Of a stretch of 64,000 nucleotides of DNA, positions 14,471 to 27,365 are shown in pieces; the stretch's first letter is position 1, and each line of letters begins with the position of its first letter. The stretch is taken from assembly GCF_009914755.1 (NCBI RefSeq), contig NC_060938.1. One strand, written 5' to 3'. The stretch is from the human T2T-CHM13v2.0 reference genome, Homo sapiens. Below the pieces are notes generated by a model. The model was not told the DNA's origin, made no database searches, and was given only the letters and a program-made list of their open reading frames with translations. The translations under genes were made by a program, and so were the position numbers.

Positions 14471-14779
14471 TACAAAGTTTAAGGTTAAAAAATAAGTGAA
14501 GAGGGCACTAAACTTAAGTTTTATTTTCCTGAGCTGAAGGTTTGTGGTGTTTTTCTATTGATAATAAAGAACTGTTCACTCCTACAATGAGCTATTCTGG
14601 ACTTACCACTAGCCATCATTATATAGGACATAAATTTGCATGGTATCCTTTGGCAATATCATTGTCTATACAATCTGTGGACTGGACCCATAGTTATCAC
14701 CTTTCTGTCTATTGTGTTGATTCACACTCCCCAAAATTATTTTATTTATTTAAAATACACCTTCAGGATTACAAAAACT

Positions 14780-14925
14780 AACTCATGTCATCCTCGTAAC
14801 AACTCTATGAGGTAAGTACCATTATTATCCCCATTGCGCAGATGAGGAAACTGAGGCTTAAAACAGTCACATGGCTAGTAAGTAGCAGATGCTTTATAGT
14901 ACACGCACTCAAACCACTACCACAT
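14780..14925 (-). mobile_element. MIR fragment
   Basis: AACTCTATGAGGTAAGTACCATTATTATCCCCATTGCGCAGATGAGGAAACTGAGGCT. Confidence 0.85.
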
Positions 14926-16127
14926 GAAGCCTATCTGGTTGGTTTGGAGAGGCTAAAGGCAAAATAATCTAGAGAGAGCACAAACCTAAGTAAGCGGAAC
15001 ATTCACTAGTTGTTTGAACATTTATTTACTCATCTTGGACCAGCCTGGAGACACAAAAATGAATCTGTCCAGTCCCTCCATTCCTAGAGTACCCAGTCTA
15101 GCAGCAGAACAGACAATATCCTAAAATCACAATCCAAATGAGAAGAGTGATGTGTGAGGATGTTAGCAGTGGCAGGTGAACATCTCACTCTCCTTGGGGC
15201 AGAGAAGCCCCCAGGCGAGAAGTTCCCCAGAGGAGCCTGCCCAAGCATACACTGAATGATAAGTGGGATTCCACCAGCTGGGCAAAGAAGAAAGGAACAT
15301 GAGAGTACCCAATGGTATTGTTTAGGGAATTGCAAATTCTTCAACCTGGCTAAAGACTGGGGACCCCTGCAGGAAATGGCAGGAAATGGGACTACAGAGT
15401 GTGCTGGTTCAGGCAGCACTGTCCCTTGATAAACTCCCAGAGAACAGCCACATTGTCAGAAAGCACATTTTCTGCTCATTCCACTGAGCTTAGAGGGTAA
15501 GAACACCCTGAAAACTGTGGCCCAAATGTCTCTGTGGACAGTTAAGGTGTTTCCTTGGCCAGAGACGTTTGCTAAAATCTTCCTCTGCAGGTTCTGGGCC
15601 TTTGGCGTAGTGCCCAATTTTGAAACTGCGATGTCCCCGAAGTTCCTTCCCCATGGAGCTGGCATCCACATCTTATGACTAAATTATAGATTGTCCCATG
15701 TAAGATGGAATAATACCTTATAAAAGGAGTAATTGCTTTACCTCAGGACTTCTGTCCCTCTGAAAAATAAGTGAGTTCTATATAAAAAAGAAAAATAAAT
15801 CTCTAAAACCCAATATAATCTTTTGAGATGTTGTATCAACTTTGATCACATAAAAGACCCAGAGCCATGTTTCAGGCATATATACACTCGTCTTCAAAAT
15901 GCCTTACCTTATATACCTTATAAAATAATACCTTATCTTAACATTCCTTCTCTAATGATATTAGTCAAAACAATTCTACTTTTTAATTAATTGTTTTGAC
16001 TTTTTTAAAGCATTATGCCTCCAAGAGACTTTAAGCCAAGAAAATAATTTGACAAACCTAATTACACACACACTCATACACACATCATACATAAACACGT
16101 ATGGGTTTAAATGAAAATGCAAGGTTG

Positions 16128-16393
16128 AGCCAAGCACAGTGACTCATGCCTGTATTCCCAACACTTTGGAAGGCCGAGGTGGGTGCATTGCTTGAGCCCA
16201 GGAGTTCGAGACCAGCCTGGGTAATATAGTGAGACCTCATCTCTACCAAAAATACAAAAATTAGCCAGGCATGGTGGCGCAGACCAGTAGTCACAACTAT
16301 TAGGGAGGCTGAGGTAGGAGGATCACTTGAGCTCAGGAGGTTAAGGCTCCAGTGAGCCATGATTATAACACTGCACTGTCTTAAAAAACAAAT
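16128..16393 (+). mobile_element. AluJ with a small deletion near the 3' end
   Basis: J-type TTGAGCCCAGGAGTTCGAGACCAGCCTGGGTAATATAG; TSD AATGCAAGGTTG at 16116-16127 and 16394-16405. Confidence 0.92.
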
Positions 16394-17713
16394 AATGCAA
16401 GGTTGGAACTGGAACCAAATGGGCATAAAATTAAATAACATGACATTATATGATTCTGTCTCTTTATATGAGCTTTGCAATAACTTTTACTCTTGATGGC
16501 TCCCTACGACCTCACAGGAAGGACTAGTATCATTTAGCCACACATATTGCAAATAAAAGGAAGCCCAAAGAGATTACAGGGTGGCTATGATTTTGTGTAA
16601 AATGAAGCAGAATGATGAGACACAATCTGGGTCATTCTGGAGGGAAAAGGCTAATAAGGGATAAGAATATCTATTCCAACCTCCCCATTTTACAGATGAC
16701 CAAACAGAGACCCAGCAGTTGACCCTTAGGCATATGGCCCATGAGTGAAGAAACAGGAATAGAGCCACATTATCTGAAGTCTAGTTCTATGTCCTTTCTG
16801 ATTCTTTACTTCTCAAACCAGTTTATACATCGTCCCCAGAGATTCACAGAAGAGAGGCACAGAGGACTCATGGTCATAGCATAAAGCTCAAGCATCAAAG
16901 GTACTTGAAGATTTGAGGGAAATCATATTATTTATCTAATCTTTATGTAATTCTAATACTTAAATATTAGAACAATTAGAAAATAGTATAGATTTAAATG
17001 TAATTGCATAATTTTTTTCAAAAACAAAACAGGTGACTTCAAAGAAAGATGATGCTTACTGAAGTTGCTTGGACTACCCGGCAAATTGCCCAGGGGGGCA
17101 CAGTCCCACTGCTCCCTGCCACCAGGACACATCAGCACCTGCTCCAGGGAATCACGGTGCCCCATGAAAAGTGGAGCAAACTCTTCTCACCCACTCTCCC
17201 CCCGACTAGTGACCCTAAGGATTGGGATGAGAAAGAGAAAGCTTTGGAAGAGCCTAATCCCAGGAACTGGTTCATCCTTCTCTAGAAGAAAGAAAATAAA
17301 TGAGGTTAACTTGCAAGAGAAGTAGAGGAAGTGAGAGAGGGATTCTTTGGGAGAACTACAAAGCAACTATTAAGTCTCCAGAAAGAAAAGCCAGGCTGTC
17401 AGAAGTGCTAACATCCAGAAGAGCAGAAATATTTTCCCACACTCTAGTTACAAAGGCCTTGTATTTGCTCCTAATGGCAGAAAAGAAAGGCTCACTTCAC
17501 CACCAGACATTGGAAAGACCTGAATCTTGCCACAGGGCCAACCCAAGGGAACAAAGAACCCTCCTACAATGGGACCTCACAAAAGCGTAGTTTTTAAGCG
17601 TCACAGTCCCAGGACAGGGTCGTCTTGCTGTTCCCTTAGCAAGGAAGATATGGTTCATGGTCATGGATCAACACCATTGTTGACACTTGACACCTTTTGA
17701 TCTCAGCTCCTAA

Positions 17714-18173
<460 letters not shown>

Positions 18174-18224
18174 TAGGTTTCAGGGTGTGCATCTGTCAGT
18201 GTTTGTATGCTGTATCCTCTGGTC

Positions 18225-18421
18225 TTTTTTTTTTTTTTTTTTTTTTGAGTAGCTGGGATTAGAGGTCTGCGCCACCATGCTTGGCTAATTTTTGTATTTT
18301 TAGTAGAGACTGGGGTTTTGCCATGTTGGCCAGGCTGGTCTTGAACTCCTGACCTCAAGTGATCTGCCCACATCGCCCCACAAAGTGCTGGGATTACAGG
18401 CGTGAGCCTCTGCACCAGGCC
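18225..18421 (-). mobile_element. AluS lacking most of the right arm
   Basis: Poly-T directly abuts GAGTAGCTGGG; flanked by TGTATCCTCTG(G/A)TCTT repeats. Confidence 0.9.
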
Positions 18422-19278
18422 TGTATCCTCTGATCTTGTTTCAATCAATTAGCTGTGTCTTTGTCATGGCTGCCCACATATGAATTGATGTCTTCTAGAT
18501 CACATATAACAGCAGCTTAGTAACTTGCCTTTCCTTATTTTCATCACGTGCATTTATCAGATCAAAAATTAATCCCTTGAAAATGTCTTTGCCTAAAGAA
18601 AACTCTTTCTTCTTTCTCTGTAATTAATTTTTCTCATTGCATGTAACGTTTTAAAACATTTGCTATCTTCTCAGAATGTTAAATATGTTTGATTTTCTTA
18701 GTTCTATTGACTTAATCATAGAACCTCAAATATCACCAGTAAGGCAAATTACAATAGAACTAAGAAATATCAACTTATACACTTTAGAAAGGCAGCGTAA
18801 TTGGCATTATAATCACCAAACCTAGAGGCGCTGAGAATAGAGGGCAAAGGTGAGTTGCTAAACAAAAAACGGGCATTAAATAAAAATCTGCTTATCAAAG
18901 AGTGAGACTCCATCCTGTGTGCACGATGCCACCAGCCAAGCACACACCTCATGGCAGGAAGCTGAAAAATCCTTCTGGGGAGAAACTGAATGGCCCAAAG
19001 AAAAGATCAAAAGACCCTAATCTTTAAGCCTTTCCTGAAAACAAGGAAAATAAGTCTTTCCTGCTTATAACCTGATCCCCTACAGAAAAGCCCACTTTAT
19101 GGTCACAGTTTTTTATTGTTTTTGTGGCTCACATTTAAATGGGAATAGACAACCAGGGATCACTAGAAATTTGAGAAAAAACTTCAGCACAAAGTGAAAT
19201 CATAAACACAAGTAGAAAAAGAACCTGGCATAAATGAATAAACTGCAAGGAAAGGAAAAGAGAAATTTTTAACATCCC

Positions 19279-20299
19279 TACTACTCAAAGCCATCTACAG
19301 ATTCAATGCAAGCCCTATCAAAATACCAACAATATTCTTCACAGAAATAGAAAAAACAATCCTAAAATTTATACGGAACCACAAAAGAATCCAAATAGCC
19401 AAAGCGATCTTAAGCAAAAAGAATGAAGCTGGAGGCATCACACTGCCTGACTCCAAAATATACTACAAAACAATAGTAACCAAAACAGTGTGGTACTGGC
19501 ATAAAAACAGACACATTGATCAATGGAACAGGATAGAGAACCCAGAAATAAATCAATGTATTGACAGCCAACTGATTTTCAACACAGGTTCCAAGAACAT
19601 ACATTGGGGAAAGGACAGTCTCTTCAATAAATGGTTTTGTGAAGACTGAATATCCATATGTAGAAGAATAAAACTAGACCTTATCTCACACCATATATAA
19701 AAAAATCAAATCAAAATGGATTAAAGATTTAAATATAAGACCTGAAACTATAAAATTATCATACTAGAAGAAAACAAAGAAAACATTAGGGAAATGCTTC
19801 AGGATATTGGGCCTGGCAAAGATTGTTTTGATAAGCTCTCAAAAGCAGAAGCAACAAAAAAAAAATAGACAAATGGGATTATAGCCAACTAAAAACCTTC
19901 TGCACAGCAAAGGAAATAATCAACAGAGTGAAAAGACAACATACAGAATGAAAGAAAATATTTGCAAACAATCCATCTAATAAGGGGTTAATATCCAGAA
20001 TATATAAGGAACTGAAACAATTCAACAGAAAAAAAAAATCAGAATTTAGGAGGGGTAAATAATCTGAATAGTCATTTCTCAAAAGAAGATCTACAAATGG
20101 CCAAACGGGTATACTGAAAAATGCTCAGCTGGGCATGCTGGCTCATGCCTGTAATCCCAGCACTTTGAGGGCCAAGACAGGTGGATCGCTTGAGCTCAGG
20201 AGTTCAAGACCAGCCTGGACAACATGGTGAACATGGTGAAACTCCATCTCTACAAAAAAAAAAAAGAAAAAAAAAAAAATATATATATATATATATATT

Positions 20300-20333
<34 letters not shown>

Positions 20334-21440
20334 CACTTATACATACAAAAAAAATCAGCTAGGCATGGTGGTGTGCACCTGTAGTCCCAGCTATCTGGGG
20401 GGGCTGAGGCAGGAGGATCACTTGTGCCCGGGAGTTCAAGGCTGCAGTGAGCCTTAATCACACCACTGTACTCCAGCCTGGGCAGCAGAGTGAGACCCTG
20501 TCTCAAAAAAAGAAACGTAAAAGAAAAATGCTCAACATCAATAATTATTAGGGACATGCAAATTAAAACCACAATGAGATAACATCTCACCCCAGTTAGG
20601 ATGGCTATTATCAAAAGGACAAAAAATAACAAATGCTGGTGAGGATGCAGATAAAGGGGAAACTTATACACTATTAGTGGGAATGCAAATTAGTACAGCC
20701 ATATAGAAAACAGTATGGAGTTTCCTCAAAAAACTAAAAAGAGAAATACCATACCATATGACCCAGCAATCCCACCGAGTATATATCCAAAAGAAAGGAA
20801 ATCAATAGGTGAAAGAGATAGCTACACTTCCATGCTTATTACAGCACTATTCACAACAGCCAGGATATTGAATCAACCTAAGTGTCTATCAACAGATGAA
20901 TGGAAAAAGAAAATGTAGTATATACACAAAATGGAATATTATTCAGTCATAAAAAAAGAATGAAATCCTGTCATTTGTAGCAACATGGATGAGCCTGGAG
21001 GCCATTATTTTAAGTGAAATAAGCCAGGCACAGAAAGACAAATGCTATGTTCTCACTCATATGTGGAAGCTAAAAAAAAATTGATCTCATAGAAATAGAG
21101 AATAAAATAGTAGTTACCAGAAGCTGTGAAGGGTATGAAGGAGGGAGGGATACAGAGAGGTTGGTTAACAGGTACAAAATTACAGCTAGATAGGAGGAAT
21201 AAGTTCTAGTGTTCTATAGCACAGTAGGATGACTATAGTTAACAATTTATTGTATATTCCAAAATAGCTGGAAGAGAGTTTTTGATGTTCCCAGCACAAA
21301 GAAATGATAAATGTTTAAGGTGATGGATATGCTAATTAACCTGATTTGGTTATTACTCATTATATACATGTATGGAAACATCACATGTACCCCATAAATA
21401 TGTACAAATATCATGTGCAATTAAAATAATAATAATAATT
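19279..21440 (+). mobile_element. 5'-truncated L1MA-type element (ORF2 C-terminal relic plus 3'UTR), interrupted by an AluJ
   Basis: Degenerate ORF2 DNA (AAAGCCATCTACAGATTCAATGC, GGTACTGGCATAAAAACAGACAC, GACCCAGCAATCCCAC); L1MA 3'UTR ending in an (AAT)n tail. Confidence 0.92.
20127..20522 (+). mobile_element. AluJ inside L1, with a compound microsatellite in the linker
   Basis: TSD GAAAAATGCTCA on both sides; A-run/(TA)n/(TG)n/(TA)n at about 20253-20335; 9-bp duplication AACATGGTG. Confidence 0.92.
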
Positions 21441-21706
21441 TATTAAATCCAAATTAAATGTCCACGGAGAGTGAAAAGAACGTAGTGCATTCATGAAATA
21501 AAAAAGGAGGGCTGTTTTAAAAAAAAATAGACATAAGGGCTAGGAAAATGTTGGAAATTTTTTAATACATGTGAAAGCAAAAAGAAAAACTCAATAAAGT
21601 TTGGAATGTGATCTCAGTTGAGGAAATCTCCAGAAGTAGAACAAATAGACAAAGAAATGGAAAATAGGAGATGAATAAGAAAATTAGGGAATCATTCACT
21701 GAAATA

Positions 21707-21864
21707 TCCTCCTTTTGCCATGTGACCTGCAAGCACAAGCTTCTCCTTTTGCCATGATTGTAAGCTTGCAGAGGCTTCCGCAGACGCAGATGCCTGCTTA
21801 TGCTTCCTGTACAGCTTGCAGAACCATGAACCAATTAAATTTCTTTTCTTTATAAATTAAAAAA
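21707..21864 (+). mobile_element. MST-type LTR internal fragment ending at the poly(A) site
   Basis: TTTTGCCATGATTGTAAGCTT...GCTTCCTGTACAGCTTGCAGAACCATGAACCAATTAAA...CTTTATAAATT followed by A6. Confidence 0.8.
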
Positions 21865-22744
21865 GACACAGAAATAATACAAGTTCCATTATGAGAGAAC
21901 AGAGAAAAACAGAGGGGAGGATCTCACAAAGACATAATACAAGAAAAATTTCCAAACAGAGTGGCACAAGCGCTCAAATTGAAAGGGTCCATGTCCCAAG
22001 CACAACGAATGAAGAAAGACTCACACCGGGAATAAAGATTCTAAAAGTTTCCAGAAAGAAAAAAAGCAGGGTGGGGTGAAGCAAAAGTAAGCATAAGACA
22101 GGAGAACTAAGAAGCATAGAATCTGACACACAAGATGTCCTAAGAGAATTCTCAGGACATCAGCTGTGCTTCAAGCCTAGACCTCGCCAAGCAAGAGTGG
22201 AACAAAAAGGCAGAAAGCTGCAGGAGAAAGACTGCTGAGGGAAACAGCATAACTGGAGAATGAATGAAGTTCTTGAGCATCAGAAAAGAAAGACTAATGA
22301 TGGGCATTTGGCAGCTCTCTTGAAGCATTTGGGAAATCCAGCAATAGGTACTAAAACAAAGCAAATGAAAAATAAGACGTTAACAATTCCAAGAATAATA
22401 AAAAGAAACATCATAAATAAATAAATAAATAAATAAATAGGCATCATAATTTAATGACTGAGTTTAATTTCACTGATTATCCTGGAATGTTCCAGTAAGT
22501 CTGAAAAAAAATTAATACAAGAAAGGAAACATGTCATATGTTTGACTCACATGGGTTCATCAGGGAAAATATTTATAAGGCATAATAATGTAAACACTGA
22601 TCACTTAAAATTTGTGATATAACTACTTTGTGTGTGGGTAGAGCACCTAAATCCTTTCAGCATTATCTCATTGTTTATATGCACATGACGCTTTGGTTAA
22701 AGTTAAAAATAACTCAAAGTGAATAAGAAAAAGCTATCAGAAAC

Positions 22745-23660
22745 ATCATGGTGCTGCCTCAAAAAATTAGAAATGGCAATCACCATCTGATCCAGCAATC
22801 CTACTTCTAAGTAGATACCCAAAAGAAGTGAAAGCAGGGTCTCAAAGAGATATTTGCACACCCATGTTTATAGCAGCCTTATTCACAATAACCAAAAGGG
22901 AGAGGCAACCCAAAAGTTTATCAACAGACACATGGGACCAGGCATAGTGACTCACATTTGTAATCCCAACAGTTTAGAAGGCCGAGGTGGGAAGACCGCT
23001 TGAGTCCAGGAGTGTAGACCAGCCTAGACAACATGATGCAACCCCGTCTCTACAATATATAAAATTTAAAAAAAAATTAGCTGGAAGTGGTGGCACAAAC
23101 CTATAGTTCCAGCCTCCTGAATATAGGAGGCTGAGGTGGGAGGATCACTTGAGCCCAGGAGGCGGAGGTTGCAGTAAGCCATGATCACACCACCACGCTC
23201 CAGGTTGGGCAATAGAGTGAGATCCTGTCTCAAAAAATAAAAAATAAGATGAACAGATAAACAAAATGTGGTATATCCATACAAAGGAATATTGTTTAGC
23301 CTTAAAAAGGAAGTAAATTCTGACATATGCTGTAACATAGAGGAACCTTGAGGATATTACTGTAAGTGAAATAAGCTAGTCACAAAAAGATAAATACTGT
23401 ATGATTCAGCTTAGGTGAGGGACCTACAGTAGTCAAATTCATAGAGACAGAAGGTAGAATGGTGATTGCCAGAGGCTGAGGGGAGGGAGGACTGGGGAGT
23501 TGTTGCTTAATGTGCAGAGTTTCTATTTTGCCAGATGAAAGGTTTGGGGATCTGTTGTATAACAATGTGAATATATTCACATTATATTGTACTGAATTGT
23601 ACACTTAAAAATGGTTAAGTAAATTTTAGGTTATGTATCTTTTACCACAATTTTTTAAAA
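22745..23660 (+). mobile_element. L1MB-type 3' end interrupted by an AluJ
   Basis: GATCCAGCAATCCTACTTCT...CAAAGAGATATTTGCACACCCATGTT...GTACACTTAAAAATGGTTAAG...TTTTACCACAAT. Confidence 0.88.
22936..23248 (+). mobile_element. AluJ
   Basis: Two diverged Alu arms with an A-rich tail. Confidence 0.9.
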
Positions 23661-24201
23661 CTTTACAAAATGAATAGAGAAAGAACATAATGATACAAAA
23701 GGTAAAAGATTTAAATTCAGAAATGAAAAATAAAAACATACATAAAATGGAACTTATTTTCTAATGATTGAATTTAAGTTTCACTGATTCTACAGGAATG
23801 TTATTCCTAACCTGAAAAAATATACATAAATAGATACATTATGTTTCCATTAACATACAAATAAAACAACTCTCCTGTTTTTTGTTTTTGTTGCTGTCAC
23901 AGTCAGTGTTGTTGATGTTAGTAATGTAACTTCACAGTGGCTATCATGATCTAGTTTAAGTCACTATAGTTAAATAACACAAATCTGGGTGGTCATCCTA
24001 TGAACAAAGTTTAAGAAAAACTCCAAATACACCAAATAAATATCAAAATAGAAAATTACCTATTTCACTATATAAAAGATGAAAACATAAATCAGGATAT
24101 CCCTACTAAATACTAGAGCTCCTTTCAGATTGTATTAGTGAATATTCTTAGCTGAGTTTTACTTAGTATCTGTCTTGTCAATGACTTTAAAGGAAGAGAG
24201 A

Positions 24202-24494
24202 GACCAGACACAGTGGCTCATGCCTATGATCCCAGCACTTTCGGAGGCCAAGGCAGGAGAATTACTTGAGCTCAGCAGTTTCAGCCTAGCCTAAACAACA
24301 AAGCAAGATCTGGTCTCTACAAAAATTTAAAATAATTAGCTATGCATGGTGGTTCACATTTATAGCCCCAGCTACTTGGGAGGCTGAAATGGGAGGATTG
24401 CTTGAACCCAGGAGTCCAAGACTGCAGTGAGCTGCACTCCAGCCTGGGCAACAGGGCAAGACCCTGTCTCTTAAAAAAAAAATTAAAATTAAAA
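24202..24494 (+). mobile_element. AluJ
   Basis: Two arms; TSD-like AAAGGAAGAGA on both sides. Confidence 0.9.
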
Positions 24495-25964
24495 AAAGGA
24501 AGAGAAATAAATTGCAAATTTAACCATGAGGGTATATTCTATTTTATCTCGAAAAAAATGCTCAAATCATCAAGCACTGCTTGACGGCCTTCTGTAGTTT
24601 CATGCATTCATTAAGAACTTACTACGCATGAGGTACTGTGCTAGGTGGGTGAGACCCAAAGAGTTCCTTCTCCCAAGAAACTCATTCCCCAATTTTTCCA
24701 AGTAATGAAGCATTCTCTTTAGGGGCCTAAATGGGGTACTGATCTGTTTTAGCCAAGTAACTCTATGGCATCTGTTCTAGAGTAGAGCCTGTCTAAGAAA
24801 ATGAGTAGAAGAAAGGCCGACCACCTAAAAGTAGATAGAGCCTTACCACAGATGATCTCCACACTTTCTTCTACCAAATGTAATTGAAGATTATAGTTTT
24901 TATTTTTTCTTGTCAAAAACTGGATTGCCTCCATCTGCCTGAAAAAGGTATTCCTGGTTTCCTGCCCCTACTCTCTTGGGAATTCTTTGTTGTTCAGGAT
25001 TTCTAATTTTTTTTAATGACAAAAGACATTCATTTTTTCTAACCCTTTAGATTTTTTTTAAAGGCAACATCTACCCCATCACCTCTGCCTCACCCAAACT
25101 CACACTCACACTCACACATGGCAATTTTTAACTTTCAAAACAATTCACTCATAGAAATGAAGCAGACTCCCCCTTCAATCCCATATTCTCCCTGTGGAAA
25201 GAGTGGACAAGAGTTCAAACTACATCCTGTTCCCTTTACCAGCTAACTGGCCTTGGGCAGTCATTTAACCACTCTAAGTCTGGTTTTTCCTTAACTAAAA
25301 AAAAAAAAAAAAAAAAGGAAAATAAACATATTTCACGGGGTTGCCTATATATGACTTTAAAAAATAATAATAATGTTTGTAAACCTAGCACAATGACTAG
25401 CTTACAGTAGGCACTTCATAAAAGTCCCGGAGGAGGCAAAGCTGTCAGCAGCTTGGACTGAACTATAATCCAGCTTTCAAAATGCCCAGTCCCATACCCT
25501 GAGATCAAAATTATCTCAGAATTCACTGTTTTTAGAATTACAGGCTGGCATAAGAAAAGTTCATACTCTCCCTATATTCTTACCTCCATGCAGGCCATCC
25601 TCAAGGGTGAAACAAGCAAAGAACAGTGGCAGAGGGCTTACTGGAGAACACTGGCTCTGTAGTGCCTGCTGCTCCAGCAGCACCTGCGCTGTCAGCCAGC
25701 CAGCAGAAGAAAGCCGCCTGCCCATCCCCTGAAATGCTGCTTATGTTGCCCTTAACAAGGAAAGCAAAAAAGTCCCCAAACCAAAACTCAACTTCTTCAG
25801 TGGAAGTGCGTTGACCACATGCCACTCCCTCTCTTCAAAGTCCCAAAGAACCTACACGACTTCTCTGAAAACCATTTCTCCATTCTAGGCCAAGCATATT
25901 CACTGCCTTTACAGCCACATTGAGCCTCAACATTAACCAAAAGAACCGCAGTGTCTATGTGTCC

Positions 25965-26200
25965 CAGATTTTACTTATGTAAAACAACTGTACAACACCT
26001 ACTATGTTCTAGGCACTGTTCTAACCATTTTTACAAAAATAGCTCATTTAATCCTCATAAATCATAATGTAGGTAAGGTACTATTATTATTCCCATTTTA
26101 CACAGGAGAAAACTTGAGGCCAGGAGAGGTTAGTAACCGTCAGACCAGCTGATTCCAAAGTCTGTGCTTTTAACCACTAAGTCATGCCACCTCCTCATGT
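25965..26200 (-). mobile_element. MIR SINE
   Basis: CCTACTATGTTCTAGGCACTGTTCTAA...CTCATTTAATCCTCA...CCCATTTTACACAGGAGAAAACTTGAGGC. Confidence 0.85.
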
Positions 26201-26354
26201 AGCTCTAGGGCCCTTAGCAGAGTTGTAGTGTTCTAGAAGGTCTGCCTGTGTATATATTATTAGGAACAACAACATCAGCAAATCTATCGGCCCACATAGA
26301 TGAAAACTGTTGCTATGCTACAGAATTGATATAGGTAACAGAAGCTGCAAAGTA

Positions 26355-26560
26355 CAGTGGGCAGAGGCTGGGATGTGGAGTCAAAGTGATTGAAATCAAA
26401 TGTCCCTAGATTAGTTGATTAAGTATTATGAGTCCTTGTTTTCATACCTGTAAAATAGGGATCATAATACCAATCTCATGGAATTACTGGGGAGATTAAA
26501 TGAGATAACTTACATAAAGAACCTACTAATATGTCTTTCACATAGTAAGTGTTCAATAAG
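26355..26560 (+). mobile_element. MIR SINE
   Basis: TTTTCATACCTGTAAAATAGGGATCATAATACC...GAGATTAAATGAGATAA...CATAGTAAGTGTTCAATAA. Confidence 0.75.
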
Positions 26561-26974
26561 CTATAGCCTTTAGGATTTAAGGCTCTGGTTGTTTTGTTGT
26601 GTACAAGTGGTTTTTTTTTTTCTGTGAGAAACTCGCAAGTATTGAAAAAAATGTTAATTCTAGAAGAAATCTAATAAGCACAGAGTAATTCAAACTCTAG
26701 GAATTATAAAACTAACAATTCAATTCAATATTTAAGTAAGCTTTCTGGGCATGACATAAATAAATTAAATGATTATGGGCTCAAGGGCCATACATTTTAA
26801 CTATATAGAAGCAATAAATTAGGGTGTTTTAAAATAACCTACTCAGCCTTTTAAATAAAAATCAATCTATTATCACTGGAAAATATCACTTTCTTATTTC
26901 ATTTATTGAAAATGCCAAGAGGAGAGAAAAGTATTAGGGATTATATCTTACCAATTCAATGTGCTCCTATAGTA

Positions 26975-27365
26975 ATGCAACTGTATCATTGGTAGTTTTC
27001 TTCTTTCCAGGCCCTTGGTGGGACTGTGTTTCTCTGATTCCTTAGACTAGGTGTGGGCACATGACTTGCTTTGGCAAGTGAAATGTGAGTAGAAGTGATA
27101 TGTGTCTCTTCCAGGCAGAAGCATTTAATTACTAAGATGAGACTCTGCCGAATGCCATTGACCCTTCTTGGGGATCATGGAAGCTCATATTGAGTTAAAA
27201 TCCCTATCAGTCTGAGTTTCTGAGTGACTATGATAAGCAGAACCCTCCTGCCAATTCTCACTGGTCTTGTAGCACGAGAAAGAATAAAGTTTTGTTATAT
27301 TAAGCTACTAAAATGTAAGGGTTGTTTGTTAACCATCACTTCACCTAGACTATCCGAACGGACAG
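26975..27365 (+). mobile_element. Old MLT1 (J/K-like) LTR
   Basis: CATGACTTGCTTTGGCAAGTGAAATGTGAGTAGAAGTGATATGTGTC...AATAAAGTTTTGTTATATTAAGCTACT. Confidence 0.7.

Noticed and set aside
20204-20671. 155-aa ORF and the other Alu-overlapping ORFs (e.g. 41458-41850, 62020-62472, 16085-16480)
   Set aside because: Composed of Alu, L1 and microsatellite sequence; no exon or domain evidence
19279-20940. L1 ORF2 as a coding gene
   Set aside because: 5'-truncated, frameshifted and Alu-interrupted; no long open frame
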